Under the pieces are notes generated by a model that saw nothing but the letters and a program-made list of their open reading frames with translations, was not told where the DNA came from and did no database searches. A stretch of DNA of 64,000 bases, taken from the sequence record OK254198.1, one strand, 5' to 3'. This document shows positions 20,007 through 28,756 of this stretch, piece by piece; position 1 is the stretch's first letter; every line of letters starts with the position of its first letter. The translations under genes and the position numbers were made by a program. Source of the stretch: Escherichia phage PSD2001.

Positions 20007-20407
20007 TTGAATCGAAGCTGCTCTAACATTTTAATAGCTTGTAGGCGCCCGGCTTCAGTTTTAACCGTAATAATAACATCGCCGCCGGTAACAACGATAT
20101 CCTCTTTTGATTCCTGTTCGGTTATTTCAGAATCATATTCCTTTATCGGGGTTTCTTCAAAATATTTAAATTCATCACCAAAAATAAGACCGGTTCCATT
20201 ACGGCTATGGAAAGAAAATTCAGTTCCATCGATAGTACTAAATTCCGTAACAACATTTGCTTCCATCTTAGTGACTGAAAACTCTTTGGTAGTAACCAAA
20301 TCAATGATAGAGGTTCCTTGTTGGTTCAAAATGCTACCAGGCATACCGACATGTTTAAGGAAGCCATCTAAATCTTTAATGTGATAACTCTTTCCAATTT
20401 TAAACAT
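20003..20407 (-). CDS. Hypothetical protein (about 135 aa)
   Basis: Start placed at the ATG at 20407 (GAGGA upstream), avoiding a 170-nt overlap with the lipoprotein gene; the track start is 20584. Confidence 0.4.
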   Translation of the reverse strand: MFKIGKSYHIKDLDGFLKHVGMPGSILNQQGTSIIDLVTTKEFSVTKMEANVVTEFSTIDGTEFSFHSRNGTGLIFGDEFKYFEETPIKEYDSEITEQESKEDIVVTGGDVIITVKTEAGRLQAIKMLEQLRFK

Positions 20408-20414
20408 AATATCC

Positions 20415-20675
20415 TCATTCGAATCGGATGGTTGAATTCTTAAACAGCAATCCAGAACAAACAGTTCCTTTAACTTTCTTACCAGTTGGCCCGACGGCCG
20501 TAAAGCCTGTATGTTGGAAATCATCTTCAGAGCAACCCATCCAGTTATATCCGGTGATTTGGATTTGCTCATAGCCGTTTGCATCTAATACACGAATGGC
20601 ATTATCTGCATCAGTACAACCAGCCAATGAAACCGCCAGTACCAGTGCTGCAATAGAACGATTAATGTATTTCAT
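20415..20675 (-). CDS. Small lipoprotein (86 aa)
   Basis: Signal peptide with lipobox LAGC (MKYINRSIAALVLAVSLAGC). Confidence 0.5.
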   Translation of the reverse strand: MKYINRSIAALVLAVSLAGCTDADNAIRVLDANGYEQIQITGYNWMGCSEDDFQHTGFTAVGPTGKKVKGTVCSGLLFKNSTIRFE

Positions 20676-20681
20676 AATTTC

Positions 20682-20858
20682 TCACTTAGTCAGCAGGTCG
20701 TAAAAACCGCCATTAACATGTTTAGGAGCCGAGACTAACCGAACAGCCAGCCGATGGCAATCAGGACAAACATCATTATCTCTTTCAGAGATTTTCTTGA
20801 TTTTTTCGTATTCTTTCGCGCAGTCATTGGATTGGCATTTGTAGTCATAAAGTGGCAT
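20682..20858 (-). CDS. Small zinc-ribbon protein (58 aa, FmdB-like)
   Basis: MPLYDYKCQSNDC...CPDC: two CxxC pairs in an FmdB-like arrangement. Confidence 0.4.
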   Translation of the reverse strand: MPLYDYKCQSNDCAKEYEKIKKISERDNDVCPDCHRLAVRLVSAPKHVNGGFYDLLTK

Positions 20859-20859
20859 G

Positions 20860-21234
20860 TTATTCCTTAAAATGTGCTTTCAACATCTGGTAAACGGTCC
20901 AGGCTTCAGAGTTATTAGAAATAGTGATTTTAGTCAAAGGGAATTCGCTTGGTTCAAATGCTTCATCAGCGTCTTCACATTCATCTTCAGTATCGTCATC
21001 TTTTTCTTCTTCAAAGAAACGACGTTCATCTTCCTTTATGAATATTCTCTCTATTCCACCGGTCGAAAATTCTATCCGATATACATCACCACCTTCAATT
21101 CCGACTGGTCTAAATCCTTCACCATTGATTATAGCATCAGCTATATTATCATTATCAGAGCATAACAAACGGAATCTGCTTTCAGCAACATTATCTTTAA
21201 AATAATACCATTTATCAGTTTCAAATTTCAACAT
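20860..21234 (-). CDS. Acidic hypothetical protein (124 aa)
   Basis: Start moved to the ATG at 21234 (AAGGAGA 7 nt upstream); Asp/Glu-rich stretch EEEKDDDTEDECEDADE. Confidence 0.45.
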   Translation of the reverse strand: MLKFETDKWYYFKDNVAESRFRLLCSDNDNIADAIINGEGFRPVGIEGGDVYRIEFSTGGIERIFIKEDERRFFEEEKDDDTEDECEDADEAFEPSEFPLTKITISNNSEAWTVYQMLKAHFKE

Positions 21235-21451
21235 GATAAGTCTCCTTCCAAAAATCTGTACCATCTTCTGATTCTTCGCGGAACAGCGCATAGCTGGGTA
21301 GTTCCGCACCTTCATACGCATACACATAAATGATGTCAGTGGTGCAAAGAAATTCATTGATATTTTTCTTAACAATCACTTTATCACTTTCAGCGGTTTC
21401 CCAGAACTCTTCAGCGGTCAGGGAAGTGGTCACGCAATCTTCATTAAACAT
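21221..21451 (-). CDS. Hypothetical protein (76 aa)
   Basis: Minus-strand ORF immediately upstream of the previous gene. Confidence 0.4.
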   Translation of the reverse strand: MFNEDCVTTSLTAEEFWETAESDKVIVKKNINEFLCTTDIIYVYAYEGAELPSYALFREESEDGTDFWKETYHVEI

Positions 21452-21497
21452 AATATTCTCCTCAATGATAGGGCAAAAACCCTATCATTTTTATAAT

Positions 21498-21989
21498 TTA
21501 GGCAAAATGAATATCAGCATACTCAACGATAAAGCTCTCAGGAACAACCTTAAAGGTTCCAAGGAATACGATATTATACAGTTTGACACCTTCTTCAACC
21601 CACTGGTCGGTGATGTAACCGGACATACTAGTGGTTTCATAAGTCGGACCGTACTTGCAATTGTATTCAAACGGTTTAGGTGAAACGAAAAAGACACCTT
21701 TACCTAATTTCCATTTAAAATCAACCCCAACATGAGACTGGTCGATGGTTTCAACTTCTTCAACCACAGGGGCGATATATCCAGTAAATTCAGTTGATTC
21801 CAGGAATTTAGGATGTACATAAGCCAATTGAGTTTCAGCATGACCATGTTTAGGAATAATACGCACTTTAACTTCTTTAATTCCACCCACTAAATTAGTG
21901 CGAAGACCTACAACCTCAACAAAACGACCAGCAGCTTTAGAACGAGATTCTTTAGAAACACGTACAATATCACCAGCTTCAACTTTCAT
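21498..21989 (-). CDS. Hypothetical protein (163 aa); C-terminal domain paralogous to the next gene
   Basis: C-terminus ITDQWVEEGVKLYNIVFLGTFKVVPESFIVE parallels the C-terminus of ORF 22069-22824; size is close to T4 MotB (162 aa) but unverified. Confidence 0.5.
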   Translation of the reverse strand: MKVEAGDIVRVSKESRSKAAGRFVEVVGLRTNLVGGIKEVKVRIIPKHGHAETQLAYVHPKFLESTEFTGYIAPVVEEVETIDQSHVGVDFKWKLGKGVFFVSPKPFEYNCKYGPTYETTSMSGYITDQWVEEGVKLYNIVFLGTFKVVPESFIVEYADIHFA

Positions 21990-22031
21990 AATTTTCTCTC
22001 TTGGTTAATAAGTTTATTCTCCAGTGGGACC

Positions 22032-22061
22032 ATTATACTCTGGCCCCAAGAGTTTGTACAC
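22032..22061 (-). promoter_or_regulatory. T4-type early promoter
   Basis: Minus strand: GTGTAC, 18 nt, TATAAT; -10 sits inside inverted repeat 22026-22047. Confidence 0.5.
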
Positions 22062-22068
22062 TTTAAAT

Positions 22069-22824
22069 TTAATTAAAAATTTCAACAACCATGGAACGTG
22101 GTACAACAGTAAATTCACCAGCATGGACAACGTTCAGGAGTTCAACACCATCCTCAATCCACTGGTCTGTTACCCAACCACAAATGGAACTGTTAAATGG
22201 GCGTTTGATTTGAACTGGTTTACACAACAAGTCAATAGGGTCACCCAGTTCGCTAACTTCTTTCAGCAGCACAGATTCACGCGGATAAAGGATAGCTTCA
22301 AGATTGTCACCTGATTCATTGACTGCAGTAAATTCAAAGATGCTTTGGTGATTGTGGTACTTAACTGTTTTAACGGTAAATGGAGTAAATCCAAAAATAC
22401 CTTTCAGTACGCGCCAACCAGCATGCATTGCAACAGTCTTTCCAAATTGACTATCATCTTCAATAAGCTGATAGGTTTTACCAACTTTGATAGGAGTTTC
22501 TTCAACTTCTTTGAAGAGTTCAATCTCAGCTTCATAAACCATAATTTTTTCTACTTCATTAGTATCAAGGCGACGTGCATGCAGAATATATGCTTTATCA
22601 AACCAGTTACTTTTTACAAAAGTTTCAACAATAAATTCGCCTTCACCTAAAGCATCAGTCAAAGTATTATATCCAGAAACCATAGCTGCGTTTTGAATAA
22701 TAGGTTCAATCAGTTGATAAGTTTTGTTAATTTCAATAGTCATATTTTGTTTCTCAAGTTTTAATGGTTTAATTGGGCGAACATACATACTTACAACATC
22801 AAAGTCAATAAATTCTGGTTTCAT
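22069..22824 (-). CDS. Hypothetical protein (251 aa) with internal repeat
   Basis: KTYQLIE occurs twice; C-terminus VTDQWIEDGVELLNVVHAGEFTVVPRSMVVE is paralogous to the previous gene. Confidence 0.5.
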   Translation of the reverse strand: MKPEFIDFDVVSMYVRPIKPLKLEKQNMTIEINKTYQLIEPIIQNAAMVSGYNTLTDALGEGEFIVETFVKSNWFDKAYILHARRLDTNEVEKIMVYEAEIELFKEVEETPIKVGKTYQLIEDDSQFGKTVAMHAGWRVLKGIFGFTPFTVKTVKYHNHQSIFEFTAVNESGDNLEAILYPRESVLLKEVSELGDPIDLLCKPVQIKRPFNSSICGWVTDQWIEDGVELLNVVHAGEFTVVPRSMVVEIFN

Positions 22825-23081
22825 TATGCAACCTTATTGAACATCGCCAGTTGATTAGGTTGTACAACCATAATTTCACGACGACCTTTTGCATTTGACA
22901 CGTTCAGGTAGATGCCTTTGTTCATGTCTGTTTCTTTATCATATACCGCAATTTTATTGACAGTAAAGATTTTACCACGAATATTTGTAAATGCACATTC
23001 AAACGCTTTAGTCAGACCTGCTTCAGCAGCTTGAAGAGCAGACATTTCATATTGTTGGCCAATTTCAAAAGAAGTAATCAT
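22824..23081 (-). CDS. Hypothetical protein (85 aa)
   Basis: Start at the ATG at 23081; the track N-terminus (ISSTTDEDNKM) is the translated shared 5' leader. Confidence 0.45.
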   Translation of the reverse strand: MITSFEIGQQYEMSALQAAEAGLTKAFECAFTNIRGKIFTVNKIAVYDKETDMNKGIYLNVSNAKGRREIMVVQPNQLAMFNKVA

Positions 23082-23090
23082 TTTGTTATC

Positions 23091-23109
23091 CTCATCAGTA
23101 GTTGATGAG
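23091..23109 (-). promoter_or_regulatory. Shared 5' leader hairpin partly sequestering the Shine-Dalgarno
   Basis: mRNA CUCAUCA-ACUAC-UGAUGAG-GA: perfect 7-bp stem whose 3' arm overlaps GAGGA; variants recur at 27206, 33923, 35553, 53526, 39569. Confidence 0.4.
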
Positions 23110-23113
23110 ATGA

Positions 23114-23142
23114 TTATGTCTCTTTCCATTGGCCTTGTACAC
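23114..23142 (-). promoter_or_regulatory. T4-type early promoter
   Basis: Minus strand: GTGTAC, 17 nt, CATAAT. Confidence 0.4.
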
Positions 23143-23148
23143 TACTTT

Positions 23149-23835
23149 TTATCGTTTTTTCGGCAAAGATAATGGGTCTGCATCTTCTTCGGAAGGAACT
23201 TCATCTAAACCAAGAGCATAGCGCTGGGCATACTTCAACATCAAAATATCTTTCGCGCAGTCATGTACCGAATCGTGCGCCACAAATCCATCTAAAGTCC
23301 CTTTTGGTAATGGGGTTTCACACATCTTACGGACGAGTGACAGGGCTTCGATTGCTGTCCTAATATCACGCTGGTTCCAGAATACAACCGGCTCCAGGTC
23401 ATAGGTATTCAATTCACGCTCAGGAATCCCCTCATTGCGCTGTAGGTCGCGGATAAGGTCAACAAACAACGGGAAGTCAAAAGACATTCCACGGCACCAC
23501 ATAAGGCTTTCGTATTTGTTAATTCCATTGCCATTCAGATAGTCAATCGCCTGTTGGATACCGGTCAGAGTATCAATATCATGCGCAGAAGGAGCCAGGT
23601 TAACACGAGCTTCTGGTGATTGTTTTTTCCACCAACCCATGGTTGTTGTGTCGAACAACCGCTTACCTTTTTGGTATTCGAGGCTGAACTTAATACGTTT
23701 GCCGCGATTAACCAGGGTTTCGAATGATTCCACAATAGCAGGGTCAGATTCGAATGTAATCAGAGCCAGGTCAATAACGGCCCCCTTCGAGCCGTTTCCC
23801 AGAGTTTCAAAGTCAATAATAGCATCAATCATCAC
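23149..23835 (-). CDS. dexA: Exonuclease A (DexA)
   Basis: 228 aa; DEDDh-type motifs (IIDFETLG near the N-terminus, HDSVHDCA near the C-terminus); size and position match T4 dexA. Confidence 0.75.
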   Translation of the reverse strand: MMIDAIIDFETLGNGSKGAVIDLALITFESDPAIVESFETLVNRGKRIKFSLEYQKGKRLFDTTTMGWWKKQSPEARVNLAPSAHDIDTLTGIQQAIDYLNGNGINKYESLMWCRGMSFDFPLFVDLIRDLQRNEGIPERELNTYDLEPVVFWNQRDIRTAIEALSLVRKMCETPLPKGTLDGFVAHDSVHDCAKDILMLKYAQRYALGLDEVPSEEDADPLSLPKKR

Positions 23836-24064
23836 ACATCTCTTTTAATTTCTGAATTTCGCCAGCAACATAATCAGAGATAAAAATCCCTGGCTCTTCA
23901 TTGTTAAAATATTCAATCGCGGCCATACGTTTCCGAATAAGATTCAGTTCCAGTAAAACGTAATTACCCTGTTGGACGATAGTCGGATTATCTTCGAAAA
24001 ATTCAACCGCGTCCTGAATACCATAGATAAGAGTATCTAAATCTTCTTTATGTACTTTATACAT
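23825..24064 (-). CDS. Hypothetical protein (79 aa)
   Basis: Minus-strand ORF between dda and dexA. Confidence 0.45.
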   Translation of the reverse strand: MYKVHKEDLDTLIYGIQDAVEFFEDNPTIVQQGNYVLLELNLIRKRMAAIEYFNNEEPGIFISDYVAGEIQKLKEMCDD

Positions 24065-25385
24065 AATATGCGTCGTACCTCGCTCGTGTGATTCCTACAT
24101 AAGCCAACTGGCTCGCTAATGAAGCTTCGGCCATATGGATGCATGGAGTATAGATGAATGCTTTGTCCACTGAAACGCCCTGGGCCTTGTGGATTGTACT
24201 GACCGGAAGAGCACGAACTTTCAAGAAGGTCCGGCGAGCTTTCCAGAAGTCTTTCCACTCTGGACGTTTACCAGCGGCTTTCATCTGTTTGTATGTGTCA
24301 GCAACTTTAGCCAGATATGCCTGGAATTTCGGTTGCTGGTCTTCTGGTAAAACTTTGATGCGGTCAACCTGATATTCTTCATCTTCATCAATTGACTCAA
24401 CTTCCAGGTCCCAGTAATTAATCACTAACTGGTGCGATTCACCTTTACAACGGAGAATTGTGGAAGTGTATTTGCAATCCTTGATGCGAACCAACTGACC
24501 ATTATTAAAAATGGTTTCGCTGAATTTCTTACCTTCAAATTCCAGCTCTTTCATGTGTGGCTCTTGCATAACCAGGACTTCATACGGTAAAAATGCTTTA
24601 TCCGTTTCATAGAGCTTACGGCGAATGATATTGTTCAGTTTTTCAACTGATTTATTCGTGTAAGCATACATCCGGTTTTCCATCAACATATCAGCATCTT
24701 TTACAATACTGAAATAGTTTATCATGAAATCCTTTAAAGCGGTTTGTGAGGTGAAACCTTGTACGCCATGACCTTCATACATACAATCACGGAACCAGCC
24801 ACCATTACGAATTTCTGTCGCCACTTCAATGATAGGAGCATTGCTTCGCATGACCTCAGTCAGATGAATCTGTTTGAACTTAGGATGCGTAAAGAATGGG
24901 CTTATCTTTTGTTGTGTGCTTCCTGGGTCAACTGGTTGCAGCTGGTGCATATCACCAATCCCAAGAATAGTACACCATTCAGGAACAGAGTTAAGAATAA
25001 TCTTAAACAGAGACCCGTCATACATACTTGCTTCATCACAAACCAGAACATTGCATTTTGACATGTCAGGCATTTCGCGCTGTTCAAAAACGTTTTGGTC
25101 TTCATATGTGGTCGGGTTAATCTTCAGAATACTATGGATTGTATTCGCCGTTTGACCAGACAATTTAGATAGAACCTTTTTTGCCTGGTGAGTTGGTGCA
25201 GCAAGCACAATTCCCATAACTCCATTACGCACTAAGTGGTCAATGACAAATTTTGTCAGAGTAGTTTTACCTGTGCCAGCTGGGCCATTCAGAGTGATAC
25301 ATTCCCCTGAACGTCGCTGAATAGCTTCAGTGATATAATCAAAAGCTTCTTTTTGTCCTGTGTTCAAGTCTTCAAATTTAATCAT
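24057..25385 (-). CDS. dda: DNA helicase Dda (SF1B)
   Basis: 442 aa; Walker A GPAGTGKTT plus AAPTHQAKK, VLVCDEASM, HKAQG, YVGITRAR align with T4 Dda. Confidence 0.9.
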   Translation of the reverse strand: MIKFEDLNTGQKEAFDYITEAIQRRSGECITLNGPAGTGKTTLTKFVIDHLVRNGVMGIVLAAPTHQAKKVLSKLSGQTANTIHSILKINPTTYEDQNVFEQREMPDMSKCNVLVCDEASMYDGSLFKIILNSVPEWCTILGIGDMHQLQPVDPGSTQQKISPFFTHPKFKQIHLTEVMRSNAPIIEVATEIRNGGWFRDCMYEGHGVQGFTSQTALKDFMINYFSIVKDADMLMENRMYAYTNKSVEKLNNIIRRKLYETDKAFLPYEVLVMQEPHMKELEFEGKKFSETIFNNGQLVRIKDCKYTSTILRCKGESHQLVINYWDLEVESIDEDEEYQVDRIKVLPEDQQPKFQAYLAKVADTYKQMKAAGKRPEWKDFWKARRTFLKVRALPVSTIHKAQGVSVDKAFIYTPCIHMAEASLASQLAYVGITRARYDAYYV

Positions 25386-25681
25386 GCCAATTTTACTCGC
25401 TTAACATATAAAGTATCTAAAACTAATTTCAATTCTCGTGCGTGTTCTTCAGTAGGAAAAACTGTTTTTGTTTCGCGCTTATCAAACCACCATTTTCTGG
25501 GAATATACCGTGTTTCAATACGTCCCATGCGTAAATAGCGGTTTGTAGTATATGAATAGTTGGCAAGTTCATATTCTGCGCCCGCTTTTGTGGTGTATAA
25601 GGTAACCTTTCCATCATACTCCAATGGGCGTTCAAAACCATCTTTATCTTTGTGAACCAGCACATATGCGTAGTACATCAC
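25382..25681 (-). CDS. Hypothetical protein (99 aa)
   Basis: Minus-strand ORF overlapping the dda start by 4 nt. Confidence 0.45.
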   Translation of the reverse strand: MMYYAYVLVHKDKDGFERPLEYDGKVTLYTTKAGAEYELANYSYTTNRYLRMGRIETRYIPRKWWFDKRETKTVFPTEEHARELKLVLDTLYVKRVKLA

Positions 25682-25682
25682 A

Positions 25683-26426
25683 TTAACCTCTAATCAGTTT
25701 AAAAATTGACGCGTTCAAAGGTAGACCACGTTTCAGTTTAAGGCGGTCAATGAATGACAACTTATCTAAACGCTCCAGACCTTGAATAATTTTATCATAC
25801 ATATCGTAACGCGTTTCAGCGTCAGATGATTTCATTTTCAGACGCCAGTCAGGACCACCCATAACCATTTTCAGCCCACGTTGACTAGTTCCGATGGAAG
25901 CCATTTGTCCATGGATACGAGCCTTGACTGCAATCACAGAAGGGGTGGTATCTTTAGCGCCACTTTTATAAAGCTCTTTTAAATGTTTTTGACGTTTCTT
26001 GATTCCACGTTCGGTATCTTTAATATTTTTAACAATTTTGCGAATTTTATAATAGTCAGCAGGAGTTACTTTAAAACTATTGGGCATCTTAGAACCGCCA
26101 TTAATACGCACCGCCAAACGAGTCTGCGCACGTTTAAGTTCATCAAGAGATAAATCAGCACGTAAACCGTTGTACTTAGTTTTGACAGGGATAACATTGC
26201 CTTCAATATAACCTATATCATTGTTAAAGCGTTCAAAGGAAACTTTATCTTGAGTTGAATTTTCATCAAAACGTTCACCAGAATACGCACAGAATTCTTG
26301 TTTCAAAAGATTGGCGATATACTTACTAGACAGATTGAAATCCTTGTTACGACGTTTTGCAGACGTTTTGGTATGCTCGCGACGTTTGTAAACTTTTAAT
26401 TCAAACTCTTCTTTTGACATATTCAT
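25683..26426 (-). CDS. Hypothetical basic protein (247 aa), Srd position; contains a degenerate HNH-like motif
   Basis: Lies where T4 srd lies (between dda.1 and modA/modB); CAYSGERFDEN...SFERFNNDIGYIEGNVIPV resembles an HNH_3 core with the catalytic His residues replaced. Confidence 0.5.
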   Translation of the reverse strand: MNMSKEEFELKVYKRREHTKTSAKRRNKDFNLSSKYIANLLKQEFCAYSGERFDENSTQDKVSFERFNNDIGYIEGNVIPVKTKYNGLRADLSLDELKRAQTRLAVRINGGSKMPNSFKVTPADYYKIRKIVKNIKDTERGIKKRQKHLKELYKSGAKDTTPSVIAVKARIHGQMASIGTSQRGLKMVMGGPDWRLKMKSSDAETRYDMYDKIIQGLERLDKLSFIDRLKLKRGLPLNASIFKLIRG

Positions 26427-26472
26427 GATATTTTTCTCATCTTACGGACGATTGAAAACTCAGTATGGATTC

Positions 26473-26501
26473 ATTATACACTATACATCTTTTATGTACA
26501 C
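26473..26501 (-). promoter_or_regulatory. T4-type early promoter
   Basis: Minus strand: GTGTAC, 17 nt, TATAAT. Confidence 0.45.
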
Positions 26502-26582
26502 TACTTTTTAGCCTTTAACGCTTTTATTTTTACTGTGTATAATGGTTCTAAGGTCTTTGGCCTTTTGTTAACCCAGAATACT

Positions 26583-27197
26583 TCAGTAAGAAAGAACGGA
26601 AAGATTCCATAATTTATAGTCTTCCCATCTATAAATGCTCTCAATAGAGTCCACGCGTAGCGTAGTTCCCGCAGGGAACATCATCTCATCTTCATCATTT
26701 ACTAATTGCAAGTTTGAAGAACGAGTTATTTCAGGATATAGTCCATTGAACTCTTCAGGAGGTGCCGCACAAATCATTTTAAAAATCGCTTCCTGATAAT
26801 CAAATGCGAATGGTGCATCATTAATACAGAAAATATTTTTGGTTCCATAGAAGCTAAAGGAAGCAAAGTTACGCGCAACACTGAAATCTTTGGAGAAACT
26901 CATTACACGGTCAAACTCAATCGTAGCACCAACACATCCTACGGTTTCAAGATATGCCAAAGTTTTCTTAGAAATCCCGCGATATAACTTACCAGGCACA
27001 ACAGAAGTCAAATTCTTACGAATAATTTTGTTCAAAGTTTCCTGGATAGTGTCTGGCTTATTTTCCATGCACTGCCAGAGTGTACTCTGTTCCAACTCAG
27101 AGTAAATTTCATCAATTTCAATCTGGGTATTTTCACGAAAATATTCACATTTAACTGCATTGATGTACTCTGCTAATTGGTGACTTGCGTACAGCAT
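26583..27197 (-). CDS. ADP-ribosyltransferase, ModA/ModB family (204 aa)
   Basis: R-S-E triad candidates: LYRG, SFSKDF, acidic DEDEMMF; start at the ATG after the shared leader; paralog of the adjacent gene. Confidence 0.5.
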   Translation of the reverse strand: MLYASHQLAEYINAVKCEYFRENTQIEIDEIYSELEQSTLWQCMENKPDTIQETLNKIIRKNLTSVVPGKLYRGISKKTLAYLETVGCVGATIEFDRVMSFSKDFSVARNFASFSFYGTKNIFCINDAPFAFDYQEAIFKMICAAPPEEFNGLYPEITRSSNLQLVNDEDEMMFPAGTTLRVDSIESIYRWEDYKLWNLSVLSY

Positions 27198-27241
27198 TTT
27201 ATTATCCTCATCAGTAGTTGATAGGAACATCTTAACGTGTC

Positions 27242-27802
27242 TTATTGCTCTTGTATACAGTCAAGAACATAATAATCACCAACAAATCCAGCATCAACTA
27301 TCACGAATTTCTGGTCAACTGGAACAAACCATTCAAGCTCAGAATCAATCATGTCCATGTATTCTTCACGTCTTAACGTTGCCGCCTGTTCGGAACCAGA
27401 AGCAGTATTGAAGAATTCCAGTGGAACGTCAAGCGCGATTTTGCGCATCGCATCATGGTAACAAAAAGCTTTGGTCTGATTCAATCTGATGATAGTCCTT
27501 GACACATATTCCATTGCAGCAAAATCCCTGGCAATACCATAGTCTTCTGTAAAGGAGGTTATCCTTCCAAATTCAAAAGGTTGCATTGATTCTTTTGCTT
27601 CATCTAACAAATCAATCTCTTGCTGGGTTACCCCACGATACAAGACTGTATCAGGTACAGATAACCTTGACTTGATGATTGAGTTAACGTTTGAATGCAA
27701 GGTCTTATCGACTTTTGATGTGCGGCATTCAAATAATGAAGCTATCTCCATTTCACTAAATTTTAACTGGTTGGGTTCGGTATCAGATTTGATGATGTTC
27801 AT
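27242..27802 (-). CDS. ADP-ribosyltransferase, ModA/ModB family (186 aa)
   Basis: LYRGV, ITSFTEDYGIARDF and acidic residues; tandem paralog as with T4 modA/modB. Confidence 0.5.
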   Translation of the reverse strand: MNIIKSDTEPNQLKFSEMEIASLFECRTSKVDKTLHSNVNSIIKSRLSVPDTVLYRGVTQQEIDLLDEAKESMQPFEFGRITSFTEDYGIARDFAAMEYVSRTIIRLNQTKAFCYHDAMRKIALDVPLEFFNTASGSEQAATLRREEYMDMIDSELEWFVPVDQKFVIVDAGFVGDYYVLDCIQEQ

Positions 27803-27858
27803 AATGGCCTCTCTGTTGTAAGAAAGACCATTATGTCATTAGGAGGGGAGTAAGTAAA

Positions 27859-28092
27859 CTACTTAAATACTCCAAGTGGGACGCCAAAGACTGCAATGTC
27901 TGCGGCCATGCCAATCGGAGATTGATATGATGAGTAAGAACTTTTCGATTCTGTCGGGCGTTTGACTTTAATTGTCTCGGATTCAGTCTTAATCCTTTGT
28001 AAGCGATTAATTTTTTGTTGCTCAATTTCCTTATGAGCGTGTTTACGGTCGATATCCAGCGCCGATGTGGGAATATTTGTTAACCAGTTCAT
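27859..28092 (-). CDS. Hypothetical protein (77 aa) with SSYSSY motif
   Basis: Start at the ATG overlapping the upstream stop (ATGA); begins MNWLTNIP; paralogous features with ORF 29094-29453. Confidence 0.4.
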   Translation of the reverse strand: MNWLTNIPTSALDIDRKHAHKEIEQQKINRLQRIKTESETIKVKRPTESKSSYSSYQSPIGMAADIAVFGVPLGVFK

Positions 28093-28268
28093 CGTTTCAC
28101 CCATGGTGCCCATGGAGGTGGGTCGTCGTAATATGAGGCCAGGTCGCGTAGAACTTCCATTGGGAGACTAAAACCATGCTTCTGTATAATCGCATCAAGT
28201 TCGTCAACTAGGTCCACACGGGCTTCCGTAGGAGCTTTAGGCTCTTCAAAAAGTTCAAATAAATCCAT
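28089..28268 (-). CDS. Small acidic hypothetical protein (59 aa)
   Basis: [33 protein letters not shown]...; start overlaps the upstream stop (TAATG), stop overlaps the next start (ATGA). Confidence 0.35.
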   Translation of the reverse strand: MDLFELFEEPKAPTEARVDLVDELDAIIQKHGFSLPMEVLRDLASYYDDPPPWAPWVKR

Positions 28269-28756
28269 TAGTAACCACCAATCGGACCGTAACCATACAT
28301 ACGAGCACGCATTTTAGTATCTTGAATAGCTTCTTCTGTTAAAGTAAAGCGTAGACCAATATCAAAGTGCTTCCAAATCTGACGTTCAACTTCAGCAAGG
28401 TCGTCGGTAGTGGAAATCAGATATGTGCGACCTTTAAGGCGTTCTTCTGAAATTCTATCGGTATCTTTATAGAAGATATCCGCAGTACCTTCTGCATAAG
28501 GGTCCGGGTGACGATAGCCTTTAATGTGTAGAGCTTCGGAAACAGTAAACGGACACCCTTCAGCCACATTAACGTTTTTGTTATGAAATACCTTCATCGT
28601 GATATTTTCTGGCATTGTCAGGTTCATTAATTTTGTTTCCAACTCAGTAACCGAATCCATGCCATTATATGCAAAGATAAGACAGGCTGTTGCATCGTAA
28701 GGTCGTGTTTGCCCAGCAGAATCACGGACATAGAATTCTAATTCATATACTTTCAT
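28268..28756 (-). CDS. Hypothetical protein (162 aa)
   Basis: Minus-strand ORF; size is near T4 Mrh but unverified. Confidence 0.5.
   Translation of the reverse strand: MKVYELEFYVRDSAGQTRPYDATACLIFAYNGMDSVTELETKLMNLTMPENITMKVFHNKNVNVAEGCPFTVSEALHIKGYRHPDPYAEGTADIFYKDTDRISEERLKGRTYLISTTDDLAEVERQIWKHFDIGLRFTLTEEAIQDTKMRARMYGYGPIGGY

Noticed and set aside
23082-23129. N-terminal segments reading (S/T)TTDE(D/E)NKM on ORFs starting at 23129, 27230 and 53595
   Set aside because: These are translations of the shared 5' leader (ACTACTGATGAGGATAA...) upstream of the real ATG, not protein sequence.
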